Part shown: piece by piece, positions 16,674 through 25,698 of the stretch
Layout: each line of letters opens with the position of its first letter
How positions within the stretch are numbered: the first letter of the stretch is position 1
DNA from: a virus
Taxonomy: Duplodnaviria; Heunggongvirae; Uroviricota; Caudoviricetes
IMG/VR virus record: IMGVR_UViG_3300043399_000676
DNA length: 64,000 nucleotides
Strand: one strand, 5' to 3'
Program-made: the position numbers and the translations under genes
The notes under the pieces: model-generated
The model's database searches: none
Told to the model about the DNA's origin: nothing
The model's input: only the letters and a program-made list of their open reading frames with translations

Positions 16674-17078
16674 ATGGCTAGGAAAACTGCTGCTGAACGT
16701 CAAGCCGAACAACAGGCTAAGCGTCTGGAAATGGAAGCGTTCGAATGGTCTGAACTTGTTAAGACGTATGCCGAGAGGTTCGCTCGACTCATGTTTGAGT
16801 ACAGCAACAAACCTCGGGCCGTGTTCAAAGTGACTCGCACTGAAGATCCCAACGTGTATCTGTTTGAGTCTTGGCAAGATTGGAGTGATGAGTTTGTTCT
16901 TCCCGCTCGTCTTCCTGCTGAGTACAATGAACAACTCATCATGGATCTGAACAGTGCCGAACGGGCGCTCAGTCGGGCCGAAGAAGTTGAGGCTGAAGAA
17001 AATCGTCGTAGGCAACTTAAAGCCTCGGCACTTGCTAAACTCACTGAAGAAGAACGTCAAGTCTTGGAGATTAAGTAA
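16674..17078 (+). CDS. hypothetical coiled-coil protein
   Basis: Charged, helical; RBS upstream. Confidence 0.4.
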   Translation: MARKTAAERQAEQQAKRLEMEAFEWSELVKTYAERFARLMFEYSNKPRAVFKVTRTEDPNVYLFESWQDWSDEFVLPARLPAEYNEQLIMDLNSAERALSRAEEVEAEENRRRQLKASALAKLTEEERQVLEIK

Positions 17079-17201
17079 TGTACGAACTTTTCATGTCTAG
17101 TGAAAAAACGGAAGACGGCAATTACATCCTCGAATGGGAAGCATTTAAAGATGAATATGAAAAATGGTTGGATCAATTCAAGTTTCCAGAGGAAGAATAA
17201 G

Positions 17202-17429
17202 ATGCGAGTCACTATCATCGAAAAAGTTGTTATCATGATTATCGGTATCATTGTATTCATGATGGCTTTCAATGTGTACAATGGAGTCAGCGGCAATAAT
17301 ACAATCAGCTTCGGTATCAATGGTATGACCGAAATGCGGTGTATCGATGGATATCGATTTATCGTTGGGGAACACGGACAAGTTCGTCAAGTCATGGATG
17401 AGTTTGGTAAGGGACTGAAGTGTAACTAA
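17202..17429 (+). CDS. small membrane protein
   Basis: RBS GAGGAAGAATAAG then ATG; transmembrane helix VVIMIIGIIVFMMAF. Confidence 0.4.
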   Translation: MRVTIIEKVVIMIIGIIVFMMAFNVYNGVSGNNTISFGINGMTEMRCIDGYRFIVGEHGQVRQVMDEFGKGLKCN

Positions 17430-17609
17430 ATAGATGCATGAAGAAAGCTAAGTACCTATATGAAAGTGCAGCAGGCCATTATTGGGTTGAATGCATAATT
17501 TTGGGGTACTCAAATGAATACATTCATTTGAAGTTTCAAGACCCGTTCATCCCTTCCGTAGTTCACGAACGACTAGCACCTAAACACAAAGTAACATTTG
17601 AGGATTGAG

Positions 17610-17996
17610 ATGATTCCTGAAGATTGCCGTGCTGAGATTGTACATACTGGTATTTCCTTTATGCGTTCGATTACCGAAGCATATGGAGCTGAAGAGGGTC
17701 AAAAGCTTTGGGATACTATAGCTAACACTCTTGATCCTGATATCAAAGGACAAATCTTTTTCGCAATGTTGACTGGCAACTTTAGTCACAAGGTTGTTCT
17801 TTTGGGCTATACTGAAGGCGGCAAAATTCCTGCTATCAAAGCTATTCGTACAGTGACTGGACTTGGTCTCAAAGAAGCAAAGGATATTGCCGATCAACTT
17901 GATTATGGCATTAAGCCAGTGTCAATTACGTTGAGTGATCCTACTAAACGTAATGTCGCAGTTAGTATTTTGCGAGAGGCGGGTGTCAGGCTATAA
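17610..17996 (+). CDS. hypothetical protein
   Basis: RBS GAGGATTGAG then ATG at 17610. Confidence 0.4.
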   Translation: MIPEDCRAEIVHTGISFMRSITEAYGAEEGQKLWDTIANTLDPDIKGQIFFAMLTGNFSHKVVLLGYTEGGKIPAIKAIRTVTGLGLKEAKDIADQLDYGIKPVSITLSDPTKRNVAVSILREAGVRL

Positions 17997-18003
17997 ATAA
18001 AGT

Positions 18004-18267
18004 ATGCCAGGAGCAACTAGAGAAAGTCAAGATCAAGCAGGGGGAACAAATATTGAAGGTTCTCCCGATGTATTCACGAACGGCACCCCACAAGTAAGAG
18101 TGACGGACGACGTTCAGGGACATGGCAAGTGTCCTCATTGTGGTCCTGTTATGGCAGAAGGGTCAGGTACAGTTTTTGTAAATTACTTGGCCGCTTGCAG
18201 GGAAGGAGACAAAGCTACATGTGGTTGTCCAGCTACAGGTAGTGGAGATGTTTTTATAGGTGGTTAA
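18004..18267 (+). CDS. PAAR-repeat protein (baseplate spike tip, gp5.4-like)
   Basis: GSGTVFVNYLAACREGD…CGCPATGSGDVFIGG matches the PAAR fold pattern; Cys/His cluster. Confidence 0.5.
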   Translation: MPGATRESQDQAGGTNIEGSPDVFTNGTPQVRVTDDVQGHGKCPHCGPVMAEGSGTVFVNYLAACREGDKATCGCPATGSGDVFIGG

Positions 18268-18269
18268 TT

Positions 18270-18353
18270 GCCCCGGTGGTGGAATGGTAGACACGGTGGA
18301 CTCAAAATCCACTGCTGAAAGGCGTGAGGGTTCGAATCCCTCCTGGGGCACCA
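18270..18353 (+). tRNA. tRNA-Leu (anticodon CAA)
   Basis: Acceptor GCCCCGG/CTGGGGC, anticodon loop CTCAAAA, long variable arm, T-arm AGGG-TTCGAAT-CCCT, CCA. Confidence 0.9.
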
Positions 18354-18393
18354 ATTCAATTTACGTCGATAAATACTGTTATAGGAAAATATC

Positions 18394-18708
18394 ATGACAA
18401 CTTATAACTTTAAAATTGATTCACTAACGTGCGATCAATCAAATCCTAACTATCCGAATTTAGTCAAAACAGTAGGTGTAACAGTATCGGCGGTTACAGA
18501 AACAGAAGGTACTCTTTCAGTTAGTACTATCGTGGATGTCAGTCCTTCTGAATCCTTTACTCCATATCAAGAATTAACTCAATCTCAGATTCAATCTTGG
18601 ATACCTTCTCAAGTTTTGGCTGACCTTCAGTCGATGCTAGAGAAGCAAATATCGGATATCCAACTTGAAAAGGTTAAAGAACAACCTCTTCCTTGGTTAG
18701 CTAAATGA
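18394..18708 (+). CDS. hypothetical protein
   Basis: RBS TAGGAAAA then ATG. Confidence 0.4.
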   Translation: MTTYNFKIDSLTCDQSNPNYPNLVKTVGVTVSAVTETEGTLSVSTIVDVSPSESFTPYQELTQSQIQSWIPSQVLADLQSMLEKQISDIQLEKVKEQPLPWLAK

Positions 18709-18950
18709 AAAAACTCATTAGTGCTCTACTGATGGCACCGTTTATTGTGGGTTGTGCCCATGATACTCATTGGATCGTTCCCGCAGCAGCAGGAGTAGTA
18801 GTAGGTGCAGCGGTTATGCATTCTTCACATCATCGAGCACCTCAACCGCATTATCATCATTATCCTAGTAGGCCTACTGTTTACTACTCTCATCCTTACA
18901 GTGTTCCTCGACCTGTAATCTATGATCCTTATTGCAGGTGCTATCGATGA
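18705..18950 (+). CDS. His/Tyr/Pro-rich lipoprotein
   Basis: Signal peptide plus lipobox IVGC; C-terminus HHRAPQPHYHHYPSRPTVYYSHPY. Confidence 0.45.
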   Translation: MKKLISALLMAPFIVGCAHDTHWIVPAAAGVVVGAAVMHSSHHRAPQPHYHHYPSRPTVYYSHPYSVPRPVIYDPYCRCYR

Positions 18951-19237
18951 AGAAAGTTCTGCTGCTAACACTTTTGCCTGTTTCTGTATTTGCTCAAAGT
19001 AATGTAGAATTGGATAAAAAGGTGTTATGCAATAAACCGAGTGCTATACTTTCTGCATTAGCGTCGAATGGATACAAAGAAGTTCCTGTTTGGTCAGGTG
19101 AAGAAGGTGAGACTCGTCTATTATTGCTAGCTAACGAAAAAACAGGCACTTGGACTATTGTTCAAATGACTTCCAAAGCTGCTTGTATTATCGGGAGCGG
19201 TGATAAGCACAAGATGATCGTAGCCAACAAAGTCTGA
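18947..19237 (+). CDS. secreted protein
   Basis: Signal peptide MKKVLLLTLLPVSVFAQS. Confidence 0.45.
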   Translation: MKKVLLLTLLPVSVFAQSNVELDKKVLCNKPSAILSALASNGYKEVPVWSGEEGETRLLLLANEKTGTWTIVQMTSKAACIIGSGDKHKMIVANKV

Positions 19238-19332
19238 TAGTAAAAATCAATTAAATCAATAAAAACATATTTTTCAATTAGTGCTTGCTATTGCACTACA
19301 TATTCGCTATACTCTAATTTTAAGGAGATGTT

Positions 19333-19782
19333 ATGGAAATCACAATGAAGAACCTAGAGAGTGCCCTCGCTGGTGAGAGCATGGCTCATATCAAGTATCG
19401 TTACTTTGCTAAGATCGCACGAGAAGAAGGTTTCGAAGATGTTGCGAAACACTTTGAACACACTGCGGATCAGGAAATTCTACATGCTTGGAGTCATCTT
19501 GAACTGCTAATCGGTAAACCCTCAACTAAGGAGTGTCTTGAAAAGGCCATTGAAGGTGAAACTTATGAATTCACCACAATGTATCCTGAGTTTCATCGAA
19601 TTGCACTCTATGAAGGAAATGTCGCTGCCGCTGCTGAAGCTGAAGAGCAGATCGCAGAAAGTAAAGAACATGCTGACCAATTCAAGAAAGTTTTGGCTAT
19701 CGCACAAAAACGTTTTGCTGCACTAGCTAAAGTTGAAAAACGTCATGCAGAAGCATATCAAAAAGTTAAGGAGAGTCTATAA
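19333..19782 (+). CDS. rubrerythrin-like diiron (ferritin-like) protein
   Basis: Rubrerythrin-type AGESMAHIKYRYFAKIAREEGFEDVA…HAWSHL and EGETYEFTTMYPEF…EH glutamate/histidine ligands. Confidence 0.65.
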   Translation: MEITMKNLESALAGESMAHIKYRYFAKIAREEGFEDVAKHFEHTADQEILHAWSHLELLIGKPSTKECLEKAIEGETYEFTTMYPEFHRIALYEGNVAAAAEAEEQIAESKEHADQFKKVLAIAQKRFAALAKVEKRHAEAYQKVKESL

Positions 19783-19922
19783 TGAGTGATACTATTAAAA
19801 TCATGCGGTGCGTAGTTTGTGGGCATGAAATGTCGGTAGAAGACTGGGAAAGTCTTCCTGAAGAAGTTTGCTGCCCTGAGTGCGGTGTCAGTAAACATGA
19901 CTACGAATTAGTAGAACTGTAA
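19782..19922 (+). CDS. rubredoxin-like zinc ribbon protein (split rubrerythrin C-terminal domain)
   Basis: 46 aa with CVVCGH…CPECG; TAATG overlap with the rubrerythrin-like gene. Confidence 0.5.
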   Translation: MSDTIKIMRCVVCGHEMSVEDWESLPEEVCCPECGVSKHDYELVEL

Positions 19923-20323
19923 TGTTAGACTGTCTCATTATAGGAGACAGTATTGCTGTAGGAAGCCACATGTTCCGCAAGGAGTGTGTGGCTTTTGCCA
20001 AGGGCGGCATTACTAGTCATGGTTGGGATAAAACATACGGACAGAATGAGTTGAGCAGTGAAACAGTCATTATTAGTCTTGGAACTAATGACTGGGAAAA
20101 AGCAAACACTGTTACTAAACTAACAGAGATCCGTAAGAAGATTAAGGCTAAGAGAGTCTTTTGGATAGCACCACATCAGGGATCTAAATCTAAAGCGTAT
20201 GCAGATGTAAATCAGGTTGCAGCTATGTTTAATGATACTGTGATTACAACAGAAAGATATCAACCTGATAAGATTCATCCAAGCTGGGCAGGATATAAAG
20301 AGTTGATGGAGAAAACTAAATAA
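19922..20323 (+). CDS. SGNH/GDSL hydrolase
   Basis: N-terminal IIGDSIAVG (GDS block). Confidence 0.55.
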   Translation: MLDCLIIGDSIAVGSHMFRKECVAFAKGGITSHGWDKTYGQNELSSETVIISLGTNDWEKANTVTKLTEIRKKIKAKRVFWIAPHQGSKSKAYADVNQVAAMFNDTVITTERYQPDKIHPSWAGYKELMEKTK

Positions 20324-20341
20324 TTTATAAGGAGAAAAATT

Positions 20342-20971
20342 ATGAACTTAGTAGAACATACTAGAAAACTCTTGAATATAATCAAAGAGGCTGCGGAAGT
20401 AGCAATCACGCAAGAACAGCTTGCTAAAATGTATCCAACTGCAAAACCTATGCAGTTTATTAAAAACATTCCGGTTGCATTAGTTCCATTTACACAACTA
20501 GAGAAATATGTAGGACCTGACAAAGCAAAAGAAATAGAACAAATTGCAGGTGCCGTGGATAAAACTTCATACGATGACGCATTTAAAAGCGGAGCGTATG
20601 TAGTGTTCCAATGGAATAGTAAAGAAAATAAACCTGATTTCTATTTCGCAGATCCTAACTCAGTCAAAGCAGAGTATACTAAGTTTACTGGGCAACTTCC
20701 TACTGATCCAAACGGTAGAAGTAAAGTACCTTCATTAGTGGTATTGGATAACTTAGGTATTGATGCTAGTAGAATTCCGATGTTTGTTAAGATAGTTCCT
20801 ACTCAGATGGTTAGTGCAGACGAGCTAGGGTTAGCAGGTAAGAAGATACAAACACGTTGGGGAGAACCGACGGTTCAGCAAGGTGGATTTTTAGTTAGAG
20901 AATACGATGGGCATATCTATACCGTTGCACCAGATGCAAACGGATTACCAATTGGATATGTTAGTGTATGA
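20342..20971 (+). CDS. hypothetical protein
   Basis: RBS AAGGAGAAAAATT then ATG. Confidence 0.45.
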   Translation: MNLVEHTRKLLNIIKEAAEVAITQEQLAKMYPTAKPMQFIKNIPVALVPFTQLEKYVGPDKAKEIEQIAGAVDKTSYDDAFKSGAYVVFQWNSKENKPDFYFADPNSVKAEYTKFTGQLPTDPNGRSKVPSLVVLDNLGIDASRIPMFVKIVPTQMVSADELGLAGKKIQTRWGEPTVQQGGFLVREYDGHIYTVAPDANGLPIGYVSV

Positions 20972-21669
20972 AAATTAGCGAAATACAAATAACGCCTGAC
21001 GATACTGAACCATGGGACGCTTCTGGAAGAGTCCCCGAGAAAAAAAGTATGTCGGGATTGAAGTTAGTTCCTGGTAGTGATAGATATGCATACTCTGCGA
21101 AAGCAGAAAGTGGGCACACGTTCACAGGAACTGACAAGAACATATTCATCTACGACACAAAGACTGAAAGTGGTGAAATAAAATTCATAGGGTATCTTGG
21201 TCTACGAAAGAGAAGTGACTTCCCTTCACCTAAGGCCTTTCAAGTGTCCAATGTAGCGATAGACAGTGCATATCGAGGGCAAGGAATTGGTCAGCTATTA
21301 TATTCAGTTCCATTGAGAGAATTAGGATATACGTTAATCGCAGATGACACACAAACTGGCGCTGCTATGAAATTGTGGGTCAACCTAAGTAAAGATCCTA
21401 ATGTGAGTGTTAATGGATATATAACTTATGATCCTGAAGAGGCTAGAGAACCTGAAACAAAGGTTTTCTTAACTAGAAAGCTAAAAGCTACGAAAATGGG
21501 TACTAGATCCTATATTTCGTATTATAGTTTTCCAGTTTCTGAAAACGTTGAATTGAAGAGACTACAGGCAGCAGTGAAAAAAATAAAAATCTACAGTAAG
21601 GAACATCCTGAGGATCAAGAGCAAATAGTAGGTCTTTATGCGAGATGGGCTAACCAAGAGGGTATTTAA
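20968..21669 (+). CDS. GNAT-family acetyltransferase-like protein
   Basis: Motif A VAIDSAYRGQGIGQLL. Confidence 0.45.
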   Translation: MKISEIQITPDDTEPWDASGRVPEKKSMSGLKLVPGSDRYAYSAKAESGHTFTGTDKNIFIYDTKTESGEIKFIGYLGLRKRSDFPSPKAFQVSNVAIDSAYRGQGIGQLLYSVPLRELGYTLIADDTQTGAAMKLWVNLSKDPNVSVNGYITYDPEEAREPETKVFLTRKLKATKMGTRSYISYYSFPVSENVELKRLQAAVKKIKIYSKEHPEDQEQIVGLYARWANQEGI

Positions 21670-21840
21670 TGATAGACTACACAAAGTTTGAAGTACAGAA
21701 GAAGATTCTTTTAGATTACCTTCAAGTAATGATTGCACTTGAAGATTGGCATGGCGTAGCAGATTTGGCTATGGACTTGCGTGAATTGGAAGCCAAAAAT
21801 AACGCTATCAAAGATAAATAATAGTAAAAGGAATATAAAA

Positions 21841-22086
21841 ATGAGCACTGCTAGAGTAAGAAAAATATTAAATCTGTTGGAGTCGGTACAATTACAAAAT
21901 ACCCGTGATGATGTTGGTATACATAAAGTATATCGAAATTCAGATGGTTCTGCTACTGTTGTTTTAGAGTCTGGGCAATCATTATGGTTTAACGCACAGT
22001 TTGTTGCAAGAGTTTTGATCAATGAAAACAATAAAATTAATTCTAAATTGATTTTAGAAGCGATAAAACACAAGTCCTTAAATTAA
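21841..22086 (+). CDS. hypothetical protein
   Basis: RBS AAAGGAATATAAAA then ATG at 21841. Confidence 0.4.
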   Translation: MSTARVRKILNLLESVQLQNTRDDVGIHKVYRNSDGSATVVLESGQSLWFNAQFVARVLINENNKINSKLILEAIKHKSLN

Positions 22087-22203
22087 ATTGGTGATAAGCT
22101 AACCGGGCCGTTTGGTAGATCCGCAATAGCCAAGGTAGAAAAAAGAGCCAGAGAAAGGCGAAACAGTCTTCCTGATTATAACCGTGCAATAAACGCTGAT
22201 CTT

Positions 22204-22626
22204 ATGAGTAAAGGACCCCAAGAGCTTGAATATTCTCCAAAAGAATGGGCAGAGATAAGAAGACAACAGAAACTAACTGCCAAAAATTCAGATAATGCAG
22301 CTGCCAGACTACGAAAACCATTTAACCCAAAGGGGTTGACAGCACCTCTTCAGAAAGTTGGTAATGCACTTTTAAATAGACCTAATAAGTATCCGGGATT
22401 CACTGGATCAGAACTACGAGCAGATGCCAAATTTTATGCACAGGAACTAAGAAAGGAAGAAGCAAAGAAAAAGTGGAAAGAAAAGTACCTGTCTAGTGGA
22501 TTTTCAGGACCGGAAAAACCAATCAACCTAACTCCTTTGAGAAATAAAGTAAAAGATACAAACGCAGAACTTGAACGTTGGGAAGAAACTTTACCGACCC
22601 GAGTAGCAAAAAAACGAACACCATAA
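22204..22626 (+). CDS. lysine-rich basic protein
   Basis: Highly basic, low complexity. Confidence 0.4.
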   Translation: MSKGPQELEYSPKEWAEIRRQQKLTAKNSDNAAARLRKPFNPKGLTAPLQKVGNALLNRPNKYPGFTGSELRADAKFYAQELRKEEAKKKWKEKYLSSGFSGPEKPINLTPLRNKVKDTNAELERWEETLPTRVAKKRTP

Positions 22627-22715
22627 TTTGTTGCCCAACTTTATTGATCAATGCGATAGTAGGAGATATAATATAATCTATTGCTGTATGAAGTGAATTG
22701 AAAGACGGGCAAGAC

Positions 22716-22743
22716 TCGGGTTCGACTCCCGACAGGTCCACCA
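22716..22743 (+). other. orphan tRNA 3' half (T-arm, acceptor 3' strand, CCA)
   Basis: TCGGG-TTCGACT-CCCGA then CAGGTCC-A-CCA; no matching 5' acceptor/D/anticodon arms upstream. Confidence 0.35.
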
Positions 22744-22766
22744 TAAGGAGATTGAATAAATACTAG

Positions 22767-23225
22767 ATGCGTATAAATGAAATACTAATCGAATCCACGA
22801 CTGATGATTTAGTATCTGAATTCTTAAAGAGTATATCACCCAAAGAGTTGAGATACTATTCTCGTAGAGATAACTGTGGTCCTGCCGCACTCCATATGAT
22901 AAGTTGGGCCAGAGAAAAAGGGTTAGAATTGCAAAGATACGGCGGTTATTTTGTAGCAGATAATGTTGTATACGACAAAGCGGACTTTACAAAAGAAATG
23001 AAGCGTGAGTTTTTACAACAAGGACTAGATTTTAATGATCCTCAAGAAAGAAAAGAGTTCATTGAATCAAATCCAGAATATAGTGAAGAATGGAAAAAAG
23101 TCCCTCACTACTGGTTACAAGATAAATCGGGAAATGTATATGATCCAACAGGATACATTCAGTTTGTTAATACTGGATTAGCAAAGGATTTAAACGCATC
23201 AAGATATTTAGGCAAGCCAAGTTAG
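22767..23225 (+). CDS. hypothetical protein
   Basis: RBS AAGGAG. Confidence 0.45.
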   Translation: MRINEILIESTTDDLVSEFLKSISPKELRYYSRRDNCGPAALHMISWAREKGLELQRYGGYFVADNVVYDKADFTKEMKREFLQQGLDFNDPQERKEFIESNPEYSEEWKKVPHYWLQDKSGNVYDPTGYIQFVNTGLAKDLNASRYLGKPS

Positions 23226-23515
23226 TCTTCTTATGATGGGCCTGCAATGGTATCGATTGACGGACGAGTAGAGGAATGGACAGCACGATAGGCGATGATC
23301 GTTAATCAAGCAAACTAAAGTAAATGCAAAAGCAAATACTACAACTGGTGAGTACAAAGTCGAAGTAAGCAAGTCTTTCCGTTTCGGAAAAGTTGCTGCC
23401 AACGATGACCGTGCTTTACTAGCAGCCTAAACAGCAAGCTAGACCGGGGTGGAGACAACCACCTGGCAACAGAATCAATCAGAAAAGGTCCGAAAGGACC
23501 TTTTCTTCCATAAAT

Positions 23516-24103
23516 ATGTGTATGAGATATTGGAAAAAAGTTTACGCAGGTGACTATCTAAGTTATTCAAAGAAGATTCTTGATTATGGAAAGGAAAACA
23601 TTAACTTCGAAAAATGTCCTTTTTGGAATCAACTGAATCTTTCTCGTCTAAAAGAATCTGTTCCGGAGCTATTTGAAGGCGTTGCAGAGTTCGGAGAACC
23701 TAAAGTTATTGCACTTCTATACATTAGAATGTATGATGCTAGTACAGTTCACATTGATCATACTGTTGGCTTGAACTTCGGAGTTCAAGCAAGGCTTAAC
23801 ATACCAATTTTGAATACAGAAGGAACAAGAACAGCTTTTTATGAATTGCCGATGCCACAAGTTCTTAACTTTAAATCAAATAGCGATGGTACAAAGTTTT
23901 GGCCACAAAGTTATAAGACTAGATTCTCTCCTATCACGGAAGTTGAAGTGGATTCTCCAACTATATTGAGAACTTCGGCAGTACATTCAGTTAAATGTCC
24001 TCCAAACGCAGCTATGCCTAGAATTACACTTACTATTGCGTTTCAGGAAGACTTGGTAAAGTATTTGGATATCGAAGATAATGACGAAGAAAAAAAAGTT
24101 TAA
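23516..24103 (+). CDS. hypothetical protein
   Basis: 195-aa ORF upstream of the sugar kinase gene, overlapping it by 23 nt. Confidence 0.4.
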   Translation: MCMRYWKKVYAGDYLSYSKKILDYGKENINFEKCPFWNQLNLSRLKESVPELFEGVAEFGEPKVIALLYIRMYDASTVHIDHTVGLNFGVQARLNIPILNTEGTRTAFYELPMPQVLNFKSNSDGTKFWPQSYKTRFSPITEVEVDSPTILRTSAVHSVKCPPNAAMPRITLTIAFQEDLVKYLDIEDNDEEKKV

Positions 24104-24839
24104 TGTATTGGTAGTAGGAGATAGTTGTATAGATGGATATTGCTATGGGACTTGCGAAAGATTAAGCCCTGAAGCACCAGTTCCTATTCTGAAACTTGCA
24201 AGAATGGAACAACGAGAAGGAATGGCTGCTAATGTAAAGAACAACCTTGAAGCATTAGGAGTACTAGTTACATTTAAGACAAATAAAGAAATAATTTCTA
24301 AAGTAAGGTTCATAGATGAAAAGTACGGCCAGCATTTGATTAGAGTGGATGAAGATACGTTAGTTGAACAATGGGATGGTGCAGACAAACTAAATTTAAC
24401 GAGATTTGATGCGATTGTGATCTCAGATTACAATAAGGGGTTTATCAGTTATAACACAATCTCCTCATTAAGACGCCGATTCGAAGGTCCTATTTTCCTT
24501 GATACTAAAAAACAAGATTTGGCACAATTCCATGGTATTTTTGTAAAGATCAATGAGCTAGAATACAAGAATAGATATAGCATCAATGACAATTTGATTG
24601 TCACTCTTGGAAAATCAGGAGCAATGTATAAAAAATTTAACGATGAAAAGTTCTATGAAACGCCAAAAGTTGATGTAGTTGATGTATGCGGTGCCGGTGA
24701 TACCTTTTTATCCGCACTAGCATTCAAGTATCTTGAGACTGGTTCTATTGATGATGCAATCAACTTTGCTAATAAGGCAGCATCAATTACAATTCAACAT
24801 ATGGGTACATATGCACCTACCTTAGGCGAGATAGAGTAG
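24081..24839 (+). CDS. PfkB-family sugar kinase, HldE/RfaE domain-I-like (heptose-7-phosphate kinase type)
   Basis: VLVVGDSCIDGYCYG…SPEAPVP (RfaE/HldE hallmark) and GAGDTF (PfkB signature). Confidence 0.6.
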   Translation: MTKKKKFNVLVVGDSCIDGYCYGTCERLSPEAPVPILKLARMEQREGMAANVKNNLEALGVLVTFKTNKEIISKVRFIDEKYGQHLIRVDEDTLVEQWDGADKLNLTRFDAIVISDYNKGFISYNTISSLRRRFEGPIFLDTKKQDLAQFHGIFVKINELEYKNRYSINDNLIVTLGKSGAMYKKFNDEKFYETPKVDVVDVCGAGDTFLSALAFKYLETGSIDDAINFANKAASITIQHMGTYAPTLGEIE

Positions 24840-25075
24840 TGACTGAGCGAACTTGGCTGATACCCAATATTACTGAAGAAGAAATACAGTGGGTGTTAGA
24901 TAACAAGCTGCAATGTTATAGCATTCCACCTGAAGTAAACGAACTTGTTTCGTATGGTCAAGTGGTCAAGGTGATGACAAGTCCTAGACATTTTTTTATT
25001 ATCACTGCTAATGAAAAGGAGGAAATGTGGGTAACTCTTAGGTTTCCAGACAAAATGTTGTTTATTGAAGAATAA
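24839..25075 (+). CDS. hypothetical protein
   Basis: ATG at 24839 overlaps the kinase stop codon TAG (TAGTG). Confidence 0.4.
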   Translation: MTERTWLIPNITEEEIQWVLDNKLQCYSIPPEVNELVSYGQVVKVMTSPRHFFIITANEKEEMWVTLRFPDKMLFIEE

Positions 25076-25178
25076 TAACCAAAGTAGTGTAAGACTAAAT
25101 ATTACTTTGGTAAATCTGATGCTTGTATGTAAGATCAGAGTTTGTTAAAATAGTCAAACTTTATAGAAAGGAAAAACA

Positions 25179-25625
25179 ATGAAAAAACTAATCATCGCTT
25201 CACTAATGGCAGCAGCAATTGGAACAGCAAGTGCATACGAGATCGGCGTTACTGCCGGTCGTGATGGTACTGCAGGCGTAAACACCGCAGGTGTTACTGT
25301 TGGTCAACGTTGGGACAAAGTTACCGCTACTCTAGGTTATGAGCGTGTTAACTATATCGACAACGAGCAAAATCGCTGGAGTCTCACTGGTGGATATGAT
25401 GTAGTTAAACTAGGACAACTTACTGTTTCTGCACTAGCAGGGGTGTCTTATCTGGACAATCGTGTTGGTGAAAATGGTTATGCTCTACGAGCAGGTGTTG
25501 GTGCATCGTATCCTGTCACTAAGAACGTTGCCCTAACCGCAGCAGCATTCCGTCAGTTTGGACAAGATCGCGTCAGCATGTATGACGGCAACAACGTCCA
25601 AGTTGGTCTCAAGTATTCGTTCTAA
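25179..25625 (+). CDS. outer-membrane β-barrel protein (Ail/Lom/OmpX-like)
   Basis: Signal peptide; alternating amphipathic β-strands; C-terminal GLKYSF aromatic terminus; followed by a terminator. Confidence 0.55.
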   Translation: MKKLIIASLMAAAIGTASAYEIGVTAGRDGTAGVNTAGVTVGQRWDKVTATLGYERVNYIDNEQNRWSLTGGYDVVKLGQLTVSALAGVSYLDNRVGENGYALRAGVGASYPVTKNVALTAAAFRQFGQDRVSMYDGNNVQVGLKYSF

Positions 25626-25646
25626 TTTTTAGTTAGTAACGGGAAA

Positions 25647-25676
25647 AAGGCTCCCAAGGAGCCTTTTTCATTTTGT
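25647..25676 (+). terminator. rho-independent terminator
   Basis: AAGGCTCC-caa-GGAGCCTT followed by a T run. Confidence 0.65.
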
Positions 25677-25698
25677 GGAAAGCTGCTATAATCAATGT

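Noticed and set aside
17088-17200. 37-aa acidic ORF MYELFMSSEKTEDGNYILEWEAFKDEYEKWLDQFKFPEEE
   Set aside because: It has a TAATG-coupled start and could be real, but it is very short and I have no corroborating signal. Not listed as a feature.
22523-22890. − strand ORFs 22523–22744 and 22678–22890
   Set aside because: They overlap the orphan tRNA 3'-half motif (the antisense translation gives GVEPES). They have no RBS and oppose the local + polarity.
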